NCBI RefSeq assembly: GCF_009914755.1
Contig: NC_060946.1
Source of the DNA: the human T2T-CHM13v2.0 reference genome, Homo sapiens
DNA length: 64,000 nt
Reading direction: 5' to 3' (one strand)
The stretch's first letter is position 1, and every line of letters begins with the position of its first letter. Position numbers and translations under genes: made by a program. Below are positions 24,131-38,600 of this stretch, in pieces. The notes beneath the pieces are model-generated. The model was not told the origin of the DNA, ran no database searches, and saw only the letters and a list, made by a program, of their open reading frames with translations.

Positions 24131-24904
24131 GGGCTGGGTGAGGCATGCTGCCCAAGCAGCCGCACACCCACCCACGTTTCTTACGCGTTCCACATGTATT
24201 CCCTGAACACCTACTATGCCCCTGGCCCTGGGACAGACAGATTTGCCTCCCCTTCACTAAGCTGCCTTCTTACTCAAAAGAGCTTAACAAGAACGACACA
24301 GCACCAACAGCTGACAGCCAAGGCGTCAGGGTCTCTGCAAGGCCTTGGTGCTTTGGACGCGCATCTCCAGGTGTAACCTCAGCCAAAGAAGGGGCATGGG
24401 GCTGGGCCGCTGAGCCGCAGTGTGACCTCGGGCAAGTCAGCACCTCATTTCCCTGGGCCTCAGTTTCCTCATCTGTTTGGAGGAAAACCACAGTACACAT
24501 GTGTCTCTGGTTTGCTGGGGCCACCCCAAAGCCCTGTCACCTGCCCACCGTGTCACCCCCCCATGGCTCACCCGGTCCCCGTGCCTCCCCTGCTCACAGG
24601 GTGCCACAGTCATCTTTACTACCTACTCCATGTCCAGGCCTTGGTGGAAGGAGAGAGGCAGGGGGTGGAAGGTTTTACCAAAGGTCTTGGCCTTGGCAAA
24701 CCACCCTGTGGCCTGACAGGAGACACCTGAGCCTGGTTCTAGGGGCAGCTGTAACCACATGGCCCGTGAGCAGGGCCCACTCCCTGGCAAACCCCCACCC
24801 CAGCCCACCCACCACCAGGCACCTGGGGATAGGATTGTCCCACAGCCAAGGATGACCTGTATTAAAAACCCACCTCCTGGCTTTCCCAGAATCCTCCAAG
24901 CTAC

Positions 24905-25280
24905 TCAGGAGACTGCCTCCCTCACCCCTTCTCTCCCCAACCTGGCCTTTACCTCTCCTCCCCTGGATCCCACCTCCCCCATGGACTCTGCCTCCCACAC
25001 CTGATCCCACCTTCCCAACCTGACCCCTGGCCTCATCCCATTTGACCCCACCTCCCCACCCCCCACGACCTCTAGCCACTCCCCACTTGCCCTTGCCTCC
25101 CCCACCTGACCCTGCCTCCCACACCTGACCCCTACCTTCTCCCCACCCGACCCCTGGCCTCTCCCCACCTGACCCCGCTTCCCACTCCCAACCCCTGCCC
25201 TCTCCCCACCTGACCCCAATTCCCACTCCTGACCCCTGCCCTCTCCCGACCTGACCTTCGCCTCCCCCCGGCCCCTGCTG
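24905..25280. repeat. Degenerate C-rich tandem repeat (ccccacctgacccc-type units)
   Basis: Repeated cccacctgacccc / ctctccccac motifs. Confidence 0.85.
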
Positions 25281-25379
25281 GCCCCCTCAGCTGCAGCCCC
25301 TGGGCACTACTCACCAGTGTCCACTGGACCCGCTCTTTCACCAGTGCCTGCGCAGCACGGCTGCCTCTGCCTGCATGGC

Positions 25380-25430
25380 CTCCATTCATTCATTCAATAA
25401 ACATTTATGGAGCACCTACTATGTACCAGG
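25380..25430 (-). mobile_element. L2 3' end
   Basis: cattcattcattcaataaacatttatggagcacctactatgtaccagg. Confidence 0.75.
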
Positions 25431-28400
25431 CGCCGGCTAGGCCCGCCCTCCTGGCTCTGCCTCCTCCACCTGCTCCTCCCCCAGGGTCCCAAGGGGCGAA
25501 CGCTTCCCTGCCCTCCAGTACCCTCAGGGCTGTCCCAAGACAGGGGCATTGCATGTGGGGACCGCAAGGGGGAAATGGAGGCTCCAGTGTCGGACAGCGA
25601 AGCCCCCTGAGAGGTAGCCCGGGGAGGGATGGGCGGCCTCCGACAAGATGAAAAGTCTTCAGTGCTTGCACTGGCTGGGCCTCCGCACTTCCCATATTAA
25701 CTCATTTAATCCTGAGCCAACTTTAAACATCTTAAAAGCACTATCACTATTCCCACTTTGCAGATGAGGAAACTGAGGCCTCACAACTGCTACGCAGTGG
25801 CTTCCAGCCTCCACGGCCCCAGGCTCCGTTCAAGAGCTGCTGTGGGATCCTGTTTCATCTGGATGGTGGTTTTCACATTTTTTTAATCAGTTGCCAATAT
25901 TGAAAACTTGGCAGATTTTATTTCAAAAATCCTCATTTCTGGAATCCACTGAGATACAGGGAAGATCTGGCTTCCCTGGGTCTGCGTCCCCGGAGGCACA
26001 GCAGTGGCACAGGCCGGGGCAGCATCCAACCTCCTCCCTGCCTCTCTGGTTTAGGTGGCCAGCTGACCCCTGCACACTGGAGTTTATGAGGCCAGCAACA
26101 AGGGGGGAACCCCAGAGTGGGGACACGTAGAAACCCAGCCTGTCAGGGGTATTCCTATGAGCCTCTCAGCCTGGGACCCAAGGGTGCCCCGATCCCTGCC
26201 TCCTGTACTTGACCCCTGCCTGACCTCGAGCCCCCCTCCCCTATCCTCCTGACCCATGGCTCCTGGGTTTTAGTACCAGGATACTAACAGCATGGATCTG
26301 TCATTTAGGGAGGGAGGTCTCCAGTTATGAGTCTGGGGCTCAAGGATTCTAGGATGTATCTACCATTTATTTGGTCCTAAAAGTCTCCTGTGTCTTGGCC
26401 TCTGTGGGTCACCAATTCTACAGGACTTTAAGCTGTCCTGACCCTCTGACAGCTTCCCCTTGGCTCCATGCGGCCCCACTGGGGAGAGGTCCCCAACCAA
26501 GGGAGTTCCCACACAGCCACCCCAGGCCCACCTGTCACCTTGTGGGGCCCACTTCTCTCCTGCCTGGGTCAAGTTTGGGACTCCTACTGGGGTTTGAGGG
26601 TTACCCTCTCCCAAACATTATTCCCACCCCACAGAACACTGCCAGCTGGCCTAGCCTAGGTGCTGTTTCCAAGCATGGCCGCTGTGGACACCAGGAGACC
26701 TGAGTTCCTGAAGCCACACCACAGCTCACCAAGGGGCCCTGGGGTTTCTGGAATGGCTCCTTGGTCCCACCCCTCTCCCCATGGACTCCCTCACTCTGCT
26801 CACCTAGGACTGGGACACCTGCCTGCTACGCCCCCAGCCCCCTGTCCCTAGCATGGCCCAGCACCCAGGGTCCTGGAGCCCTCTAGGCCCAGGCTGAGAA
26901 ACCCCTCCTGAGGCCACAGCCCATTCAGCTTCTGTCGCTTCAGAACCTCTAACCAGGCGATCGCAAGGGGTCAGTATGGACACCAGCTGGGGTGGCCCAA
27001 ATTCCCTCCCCCTGGCCCTGAGACCAGCTTTCTCCAGAGGAGGTGGGAGGGTCCAGCCCACACTGACGGCCGCCTCTGAGGCTACGGGGGGCCTGCAGCT
27101 GCAGCAGCAGAGAACAAGGAGGCTCTGTCGGTGCAGAGGGGTCGACATCGAGCCCCGGAAACTCCCCGGGGAGGGCCGCCGGCTGGGCAGAAACCACAGC
27201 CCAAACGTGAGGCTATCTATGTGACAGCTGCTGTGGCCACCAACTCCGCGTGGCCAGTCCACCAAGACCGGCCCTCCCTAACGTGCTGCCAAAGCGCAGG
27301 GTCCACATTCAGCTCGAATCCAGGCTATGCCACCTCACCCCGTGGTCCTGGCAAGCTAATCTTTCCTGGGTCTCGGTTTCCTCTTCTGTAAAGTGGGACA
27401 AGAAGGGCACCAGCTCAGAGGGCCGTGGAGGGGGATGGCCACAGGCCAGGGTCTGGGCAGGGTCACAGCTCCAGGAAGCTGCCTCCTGCAGGTATCGCTG
27501 TGAGGGTCTGGCGCGTGGCACCGTGGCACACGCCAGGCAGGCAGGAGGACCTCATTACCCACCGCAACCATGACAGTGAGGAAGGATGGGGCCTGGCCTG
27601 TCTTCCTTTCAGTCCCGAGGGCAACACACCCCTCTTTGCCTCTGTCCCTGTCCCCTCTCTGATGTCCAGGCCCCCCAATAGCCTGCTCCCACCCCCACCT
27701 TCAGCCTGTTCCCCGGCCTCGGTTTCTCTCCCAGCGCCAAAGCACAATGGCTGTTATAATTAACGAATTATCTCAACGTGACAGCTGTGGTCCTTTGAAA
27801 ATTAGCTTGAATAACAAGATCCTGGTGTATGGTAATTTATTTTCCTCTTTCTCCCCCCTTCTCTCTCCCTCACTTCAGCCTTGTCATGCATGCAAATGTT
27901 TTTCCCCTTTTCCTCCTTCCCTGACACCTTCCCCCTCTGTAGCCTCCTCGTCCTCCTCAGGAGGGTAAGGGACAGACTAAGCTTCTGCCTTCAGGTGAAA
28001 AGATGCAGGAGCTGACCCTCCTGGGCACCTCGTCCGCGCTGGTGCCAGGCACAGCGCCTGACATGTCGCCTTCTGAAATCTCCCCACAGACCTAAGTCCT
28101 GCCACCTTCTTCCTGGGCTGGGGACCTGCAGCTTTGCTTTCCCGCGACCTCCCAGGCCGCGGCCCCTCGGGCTCCTCTGCTTGTAAGCCAAGCAGTGGCC
28201 TCCCCTGATGTCCTGGTCCCTGCTCACTGCCTCTCTCAAACCCGCTTCCCCCTCCCCTACCCCAAGAGCCCTTCAACCCTTCCCAAGGCTTCTAATGTCA
28301 GCTCTGGGCTGACCACACCCAAACCACCGTACCCAGCTGCCTCCGGGGCCCTTCCCTGGCACCTGAAACTCACTCGTCCATGTCCACCTCCACGGCTGGA

Positions 28401-31400
28401 CTCATCTCCCACGGCCCCTTCCCCCTCCTCCCCTGCTTCTCTCCCAGTTCCCAGACACAGTGAGAGGCACCCACACCTCCCCACCTGCCCCTAGTCCCGC
28501 CTTGGTGCCGCCGCCTCCCCCTACTGCTCCTGCTGGTCTCTCTACCTCCAACCCTACCTCCCCACTCCATGCCCCCTCCACCCAGCAGAAGATGAACTTT
28601 CTAGAACATCAACCTGAGCATGGCACTCCCTGCTGAAAAGTCTTCGTTGGCTCGGGCTGATCTGGGAAAATTCCAACAGCATCCAGAGCCCAGCCCACAT
28701 GGTCTTGTGGGAGCCGCTGCCTGTTCTGCCCTCCTACCTGCCTGCCTTCTTCCAACCTGGCCGGGGTCTCTCCTGTGGGTTCCCACAGCCCCCTGTGCTT
28801 CCTCCATCACAACCGGAATCATAACTGCTGCTGCTACCTCTGGACTGAGTTCCCCGAGGAAGGGTCCTGCTTCTCCTAGTAGGTGCTCAATAAATATTTG
28901 TTCATGGCTGAGTGAAGGAGGCCAGCTCGCCGCCCTCATATAGATAAGGAAATCGAGGCTCCAAGTAATTCATGACTTGCTCAGATCACACAGTTCATGC
29001 AAAAGACAAAACCAGGATTTGAACCAGGTCTGTGACTCCAGTGCTCTTCTGGGCTCTTCTGCTCCCTGGGGAAGTCGGGGAGGGGTCAGCTTTTGCACAG
29101 ATCTCAGGGGACTTCAGCCTCCCTCCAGCCTCAGTTGGGCAATAAAGAGACCAGCTTCTAGCCTAGGCTGTCACTCCCTTGAGTTTGACCTTGGACTAGC
29201 CACATGACTCTCAGGGCCTCAGTCTTCTCATCTGTAAAGTGGGAAGGAGCCCCGCCTCACTCTCTATCCCAGAGGGTGGCTGATAGGGCAGAAACTCAGG
29301 TCTTGGAGAAAGCCAGTCCTGCTAACATCTGGGATTTTCCTGACCTCACCCTCCAAATCCAACTGCATTGCCCTTGGCAGGCACTCCCCGGGGCTTCGTG
29401 GGGGGCGTCCCCAGGATGGGAGAGGTCACAGAGAATAGGAACTCTTTCAGGGGGAGGTAGTGGGAGAAGCATGCGGGGCTTGGGAGTCAGATTATGACCT
29501 TGGGCAAGAGCTTCCTCTCAGAGCTTGGCGTCCTCCTCTGTCAATTGGGGCCACAATGAGGACTAATGTACACAGTGCCTGGCACAGTGCAGGTGCTGCC
29601 AAGGCCACATGGCTGCAAGGTTCTATGGGAATGTGATCCTGAAGTGTGCCCCAGAGAGGGAGAGAGAAGAGGGTGAGACAGAGCAGGACCAGCTGTTCCT
29701 GACTCTCCCTCAACAGCCCACAATGGCTCCCACTGGCCCCAGAATAGAGCTCACAACCCAACCTGTGGCCCTAGAACCCCTCTCTCCCTCTCTAAGCTCA
29801 CACCCCACCATGTCCCCTCGCAACCCTATGGAATTGAGGGCACGCCCACACCCATATCCACCAGGCCGTTACTCACCAGCGATTAGCTGGTACTAACCCT
29901 GGGACCCATTCCCACCTGTCCCCATCCCCTGGGCCGAGACCTTATGCCTCCTCCTCTGAGAAGCCTTTGGAGATCTCCCTTCTGCAGGGTGACCCCCCTG
30001 CTATGCCCCCACAACCCCGAGGTATAGCCCTTGGAATCCTGGATGGGTCCTAGAGATCATCTCCCCCATTTTACAAGTAGGGGAAACTGAGGTGCGGACG
30101 AGGAACAGCAGCTCTCCAGTGATGCACTTGAACCCGGGTCTCTGCTGCATCCAGCCCACCAAGCAGCTTCTCTCCTGGTGCTGAGCTGTTTAGCCCTTGC
30201 CTGTCTTCTCCATGCCCCCTCCCCTGCCTGGAGCTACCTGAGGACAGGACCCCATCTTCCTGTCTGCGCCCCTCCCCCAGTGCCCAGCCTAAGGCCTGGC
30301 GCATAGTAGGCACTCAGTAAATGTCTGTTGAATTGAATTGCGCTCAGGGCGGCCAGTCGTCTCTGCTCTGTAAGAAAAGCATAGAGTTAGTGGAGCTCTC
30401 CCCAAGACCAGGGGGGTGGGAACCAAGCTGGTGGGGTGAGGAACCTGGCCTGCCCCAAGGAGCCCACGGGCCCTGGGGAGGGGGCCTGGGAAGCTGGAAC
30501 ATTCAGACTTAGATGAGTCCGAATTCTGCCCCAACAGGCTGCATGGCTCTGGTAAGTCACACTGCGGCAGGGCCTCACTGGCCTCATCTGTCAAATGGAG
30601 ATGACACTCCGGTCCCTCCAGGCTCTGAGGACTGCTTGTGATGAGGACCAGAGAGATGTGAGGAGTGTAAACAGTAAACCCCAGCTCACAAGCATGGAGT
30701 GCCCAGCGCCTGACACAGGAGAGTCAGGTGCGAATGATGCCCATTCTACAGATGAGGAGACTGAGGCTTGGAGAGGGGCCTGGCTTGCCCAAGGCCACAC
30801 AGCCCATGCATTGATCTCATGCTGTACACACGGCCTCCCTGCCAAGCCAGAGGGAAGCAAGGAGTGATAATGAACCCCAGATGAAGAAGCTGAACCCACC
30901 AAAGGGTGGCCCAAACCTTACCCAGGCTGGCAAAGATTCTGCAGGCAAAGGGCCCAGCGTGAGCCCCAGAGCTGTGAAGGGAAGGGTGAGAAGCCGCATT
31001 CTCCCCTCCCCATGGGGGTGAGCTCTGATTCCACAGCCCCCCAGAGGGTTCAAAGGCATCCTCAGATCCGCAGGCTGCAAAGGCCTGGGCAGGCCTGGGT
31101 GTTAATATAGATCAGTAGAGACTATAAATACACGGGCAGGCTGGTCACTGCAGGGCGGCCAACCTGGCACAGCCAAGACAGAGGTTCTAACCCCAGCCCT
31201 GCCCCCTCCCGCCACCCCTCTCCCTTCTGGGCCTCGGTTTCCTTGCTTGTCAACAGCAGGCTGCTCCATGACCATGACTGCCAGAAGGTTCTTTACCCAG
31301 CAACACACAGTTTTCTGACCCCAGCCAGGCTGGCCCAGGGGGAGGCCCTGGAGGCCCAGGCAGAGACCTGGGAGAAGAGAAGGATGTACAACAGGATCAC

Positions 31401-32702
31401 CCCGGATACCTGAGACAGTCAAGCGAGGGGCTAGACTATGCCTCTGCTCACCAGCCTGGAGCTGACAAGAGGCAGAGAAAGGAGCCTAGAAGCCAGCCAT
31501 TCATTCATTCCCTCTCTCTCCATTCAAACAGCCATGCTGTGAGCACGGCCTCCCGCAAGTGGAGGACCCACAGCCAAAGCCAGGCCTTCTGGTTGGGGCT
31601 CTGGTGGGGATGACAGGGAGATGAATGGGCATCTCTTTCCCTATCCGCCCAAGGCTGCGTGGGGGCCATCCTCTGGCTCCCGACCCCCATCCCAGGTCGC
31701 ATGACAGGGACACTGGTTTTACATCCACCTTCTGCCTGGACCACAGCCTCATAGAGGACAAAGACCAAGTGTGGACAGTCTCACTCACCCTGTAAACCCA
31801 GGGCCCGGCACCGTCCCAGTAGGCTCTCTGTACACGTCCACGGCTGAAAATCACCCTGGGAACACAAGAGAGCCACCACGCACAGGGCCATGACACAGGC
31901 CCAGGAACAGAGGAGCACACCGCGCCGGCACCCGCTGTGTGCCAGGCCCCCGCACACTTCACACATGGCAGCCACACTGTCATGCCTGCTTGAAGGATGA
32001 GGGAACTGAGGCTGAGAAATGATAAGAGACATGCCCAAGAGCCCACAGCTAAAGTGGCTCAGCACCCATGACTCCCCAGATACAAGTCCAGCTGATACAG
32101 CAGTCTGACCATCAAAGGGACGGTGTCTGGGACTCCCCGAAGGCCAGGCATAGGTGAAGGGACAGTGTCCCACTTCCTCATCAGAGCCTCAAAACAACCC
32201 CAAACGGCAGACAGACCCTTACATGACAGGGAGAGAAACTGAGGCTCTGAGAAATGACCTGTGCCCAGCCCCAGGCCTGGCAAATATTGGAAAGGGCCTT
32301 CCCAGGCAGTGCGTGGGTCCCACATCCTCTGAGACTCAGGAGGAAGGGGTGCAGACCTGGGCCTGAGCCCAACTGGCCCTCGCGTGGCTGGGTGACATGG
32401 GCAGTGACCGGCCCCCTCAGAGCCTCAGTTTCCCCAAGACCCATCTCCTCTGCCCCACGCACCTGCTGCAAGGAGGAGGAAAAGGATAACCCACGGGCAA
32501 CTCCCCTTTAAAAACTGTAAAGTGCCATTCATCTTTGTTCTTCCTTCTTGCTGTCAGTGCAACAGAAGCACCGTCCATCTTAAGGGAATTTAACTGCTAC
32601 CGTTAGACTTTCCTTGGCCCTCCTCAACCACTTCTCTGCCCCCGTCTCTAAAAAGGCTCACCTGTGTTTGTGAGATGCTCACAGTGAGCCCACCCTTGTT
32701 AA

Positions 32703-33083
<381 letters not shown>

Positions 33084-35288
33084 AGAACCAGGTATTATTT
33101 TTATGCCCGTTCTGCAGATAAGGGAAGTAAGGCTCTCAGAGATTAAGTGACATCCTCAAGATCACATTGCAAGAAAGTGAGCGTGCTCCCCACGCCACTG
33201 TATATTTGCCCCCACATATCTGTATATTCCACTCTCAGTGGCTGCTAGAGACCTCTGGTTGGTTAATGCCCATCTGTTCCCTGGTTTATCCGACTTCCCA
33301 GATGTATGTAATATTCATATTTCCATCAGCAGCAGCTCACGCACCCCTTTCCAAGGCCTTCAGGAGCCCCATTAATCATTCAGACACACCTGCATATTCA
33401 TTAACTTCTCAATTAATACAGGGTCCCTTATTACTTCAGGCCTGCTGCCTGCATTAAAGACACTTCAACTTCGTTCATTATTAAACTCCCCTGATAAATG
33501 ATCAAACCCCTCTTTCACAGAGGGGGACAGCACCCAGGCCCCGGGGCTAGCAGGCCTGCTCCCAGTGACAGCTGCTGTGTGACCTTGAGCCAGGCCCTCA
33601 CCCTCTCTGAGCCTCCTGTATGTTTACCTGGTAAAATCAGGCAAAGGATGGTCTCTGACCACCACCTGGCCTCGTCAAGGTGGCCCTGTCTCATCCTTTG
33701 TCCTTTCTCTGCGTGTCTTTTCTTGGACTCACGTAATCCCTCCCCAGAATGGAAGCCGATCCTCTCTGGAGGTTTCCTTATGCTCCCCCATCAACAGCCT
33801 CCACTCGCACCTGGGCCTGGGCCTGGGCTTTGCAGTCAGTGGGCCTCAGGTCCTGGCACTGGCCCATCATCCTGAGGGCAGCATCTCCGGGCTAACTTGG
33901 CTTGGGCCTGGCAGACCATGACACGTCCCAAATCAGAGAGGACAACTGACACCCCCCACCAGTTGCCAGACTCCAACTGCCACACAACAGTATCGATGAG
34001 GACAACAGTAATAATAACAGCACCCAGCACTTCCTGAGCCTGGACCACGCCCCAGGCCTTGCGCTAAGTCCCATATGGTCCCATCCTCAGATCAACCTCC
34101 ACTTAACAGATAGGAAAGCTGAGGCCAGTGAGGTCAAGTCATCTCCCTAAGCCAGGCTGGAGCTGGCTCTGCACCCAGGCCTCGCTGACTCGGGGTCCCC
34201 AGAGCGTCCCCATCACATGTGCCAACAGGAGGCCCCAGCACTCGGCCACCCTCTTGCCCTGGCTCCTTCCAGCACCTTCTTCCCAAGCTCTTCCTTTATA
34301 GGCCCGATCTCTGCCTAATGGAGCTGCAGGCGACACGGAACGGGTCCCCCATTCGCTGGCAGATGCCCCAATCCATCTCCATTATGCCTGGCGCTAAGGA
34401 GCACTGCAAATGAAGCGTGATGATGCCACCGCCAGCATCACTCCTGCTGGCTCTGACCCGCCTGCCACCTCCACCTAACATGCACACCAGGCTGCGACTG
34501 ATGTCCACAGGCCCAGCTGCCACCTTGTACAGATGCCGGGATGGAGCCTTTGCTCCTGGCCCCACTGGCTGTGTGACTGTGGGCCCCTTACTGAAACTCT
34601 CTGTGCCTCAGTCTCATCATCCAAATTATGTCTGACTCCACCCTCTCCCTCGTCTCTCATTTCCCATCCACCTCGACACCTCTCCAGGCCACACACCTGT
34701 GTGTCTGCTGCCGCCCCTCAGTCCAAGCTTGTCTGGATGGCAGCACCCACCTCCCAGGGTCTCTAGTGTGCCCCAAGGTCCTCCCCTCCCTCTGCTCGGC
34801 TCGGGTGCTGTCTTTTATGGACTCACCGAGGCCTCTTTCTTAATACCCTTTCAGCCGCTTCCACAGTTCCCAGGCTAAAGCCAGACGTCCTCCTGAAGGT
34901 CAAGGCCCCTCAGGGGCCTGGCCCGGCCGCCTGTTCCAGGCTCCCTCCCGCCCTCCTCCCGGGCAGCCTCACCTCTCCCAGGATGACTCCTTGGTGAGTG
35001 TCCAGCCCCCGTGGACCGTCAGGGGGCCGCAGTGGCCAGCACCGTGAGTCCTCCCCCGCAGCTCCCGCCCCGGCACACAGTAGGCAGAGCGATCCCGCAG
35101 CTTAAAGGAATGCCCCCATCGAGTGCAGACAGCAATTTCATCCTACGGGCCGTGGTGACTGTCAACAGTGCCTCATACGCTGTAAATGAAGAACTCTTCA
35201 CTCCTCGCCTGGGACTGAGCACTGGGTTGGCTGCCGCAAACTCAACACCAACCCCCGACCTTACAGGGTGTCAAGATAAAGATCGTCA

Positions 35289-35575
35289 GGCCAGGCGCAA
35301 TGGCTCACGCCTGTAATCCCAACACTTTAGGAGGCCGAGGCGGGCGGATCACGAGGTCAGGAGTTCGAGACCAGCCTGGCCAACATAGTGAAACCCCGTC
35401 TCTACTAAAAATACAAAAATTAGCTGGGAAAGGGGGCACACGCCTGTAGTCCCAGCTACTCGGGAGGCTGAGAGGCAGGAGAATCACTTGAACCCAGGAG
35501 GCAGAGGTTGCAGTGGGCCAAGATCACGCCACTGCACTCCAGCCTGGGTGACAGAGTGAGACTCTGTCTCAAAAA

Positions 35576-35614
<39 letters not shown>

Positions 35615-35616
35615 AT
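35289..35616 (+). mobile_element. AluSg-like with (TAAA)n tail
   Basis: Full consensus. Confidence 0.95.
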
Positions 35617-38600
35617 ATTGTTGGATTAATTTCTCAGATGAGAAAACGGAGGCTCAGAAAGACAAAGTGGCCTCACAGCGTCACAGCTGGTAAGTGGTGA
35701 GGCTGGGATTCAAACCTGGCTCTGCCTGTGCCTGGTTCCAGCACCAGAAGAAACGTCCTAGAAGTAGTCAAGGAGCATCAATCGAGTGCCGACCACACGC
35801 CAGACCCAAGTAGGCATTTACATCAATCACTTCATGAAAACCCCTCCACGGCCCTGGGAGACGGGCACTGTTATTCTACCCATCTGAGACACGAGGGATC
35901 AGGCCCAGAGCAGTGAAGCCACTTCCCAAAGGCACACAGCTAAGAAGTGGCAGGGCCTGAGACACACCAAGGTGTTGTCCCCTCTAGCTCTGCCCAGATC
36001 TCCTTCCCAGCCTCCTCTGCTGTCAGGGGCACTCTAGGGAGAGAGGCACCCCTTGGCTGGCTCTGTGGCAGCCAGGAGCTGAGCAAAGTCCTTCTCTACC
36101 TGGGCCTTGGCTTCCTCACCCACGGGGGGCAGGGGATGTGGACAAGACAACCTGGGGGTCCTGTCAGCACTGGCACAATATCCGTGCACCCAGGGGCCCA
36201 CCACACACCAGGTCCTGGGCTTGGCACCGTGGGCTGCAAAGACCTGCAAAACTAGTGTCTGGCGTGCAGGGCATCACCAAGGGAGGCCCAGGGTGGGAGG
36301 GGCAGGGAGCCACCTGTTCAGGGCTCAGGGGACAAGCAGGGTGCAGGTCCCTGTCTGCTGTCAGCACAAGCACCACAGACCCAACAGGAAGCCAGAAGAA
36401 GGGTCACGGACACAGCTGAGCCCCCAGATACCCGAAGCTGGTGGTTAAGTGGGAGGCTCAGCACCTCTGAGGACCCGCTACCACCGGAGGGCTGGAGACC
36501 CCCGGAAGGGGCTGCATCCAGCTAACCAGACATTCCACATCCGATGAGCACCTAGCCTAGGATTTCAGGCACACCGTGGAAAACACAAAGACAAGCCAGG
36601 AACTCACAGACGGACAAATGCGCCAGAGACTTTGCTATTTAAAGAAAGCTTCCTGTGAATTATTTTATAAACTAAGTATCAGCCTCCAATTCCCCATCAA
36701 AAGCTTGAATTTTCAGATTGGGTTTGCTGAAAGTGAGCTAACACTCCTGGCTTTCTAGGTGCTTCTGTATTGCACACCCCAAGGGTGGGACGAGGGCTGT
36801 GTCCCCACCATGTCCCCGGCCCCCAACATGGGGCCAGCGTGCAGAAGAGGCTCAGCAAATGCTGCAGAAGCCAACTCTGTTAGCGCACTCATTTCCAAAC
36901 CCCAGGAGCAGAGCTGCTTGGGTGCCAGGATCCCCCAGTGGGCACACCTTGTGCCATCTACTTTCAGACCCTCTGGGGCACTTTGAAGGAGGTCAGAGCT
37001 GGTAGATCCCTTAGCGCTACCCAGGCCCCTGTCATGCAGCAGGTGAGGAAACTGAACCCAGAGAAGACAAGAGCCTTGAGCCCTACGGCCTCCCAGCCAC
37101 GCCCCCTTCCCTTCCAGGCGCCCCCTTCCTGCCCCGACCCACTAACCACTGCTGCTCCTCCAGGCTCTGTCCTTGGCCTGTGGCACCCTCGTCTGCCCTC
37201 TCCTCCAGGGTGGCTTCATGCATGCCCCTGGCTGCTCAGATCGCGCTCGGTCATGGTCACCACTGCCTGCCTGCTTGCTCAGGCCCAGATCCCAGCTTTC
37301 CCGTCAACTCCTGCCTCTCCCACTGGAAGATGAAGATCAGACCAGCCTCCAAGTCCATGCCAGGACAGGCCACTATCATCACTTGCCTATCACTCACAGG
37401 GATCTCCTTTTTTTCCAGGCAGAGGGAGGCTTCCGGAGGGCAGCTCTGATGCTGTCTCTCCTGCTCAAAATCTTTCTAGGGCTCCCTGCAGCCCCAGGGC
37501 TAGAGGCTAAGCTCCTTCTTGGTGGGTGACCACCAACACGGTGAACTCCTACCAGCTTCAGCTCGGGCATCACCGCCTCCAGGAAGCCTTCCTTGAATCC
37601 CTGGTCTGGCTTCACCACTCCACTCCACAGCACCCCCATGCTCACCAGCTCCAAGTGGCATCCCACTGAAGGGTCACTGTGTCCCCTCCAGAGGGCCAGG
37701 AAGCACGGCGTGCCCCTCTGTGCCCCCTCAGTGCCCCCAGTGAGAAGCCTGGCACGGAGAAGGCACCCAGGGAGTGAAAATTGAAAACACAAAAGAACAA
37801 CATAGGCCCCCAGGCATGTAATTCCCAGCTGGCATCCGTCTCCACTCGCTCACCCCCACCCACGCTGAGTGTGCCCATTATTATGACTGATGACAGCCAG
37901 GCCTCCCAGCTCCTTCTGGCTGCTGTGACCATCAGGAAGCTGTCCAGTACGATGGCTCCCATGCTGGCCCTGCCCACAGGACAGTCTGGTCAGACGGGTG
38001 CAGAGGGACAGGGAAAGGAGGGGGAACGTGGACAGAGCCCCTGCTGGAAGCCTCGCCTAGACCCCAAGGTCAGCTGACGCTGCTGGCCTTGTGGGAGCCC
38101 CGCGTGACCTTCTTATGTGGGGACGTGGGGCTCTCACTTCCAAATGAGGAAACTGAGGCTCCAAGAGCAAGCAGCCGACCTGAACCCAGAGATCGGCATT
38201 GGTCTCCTGCCCACTTCTTCTTACATTGGATCCAGGAGCTTCCTAAGCACAAGGAGGGGAACGAGCTACCGGGCTGGGCATTTTACAGGCGTTCTGGGAG
38301 GCTGTGGGCACCCGGGAAAGAACACCAAGTCTGGGGTCCTCATAACCTGGACTCAGACCCTTGCTCGGTTCCCCTCAGCTGTGTGGCCTCGGCAGCCCGC
38401 GCAGCTTCTCTGAGCGGACGTCTGCACTGGTCCCTGGGGGTGCGAGGCTGCCCTGCAGGGTTGCTGTGTCAAATGAGACGGTAAGGACACAGCCAATAAC
38501 AGCCGAACATCTTCCAGGCCACGCTGCGGGTGGATTATTGCATCTAATCCTCACAGTGACTCTGGGAGGCTGAGTCTAACAGGGTCCCCATTTGATAGAC

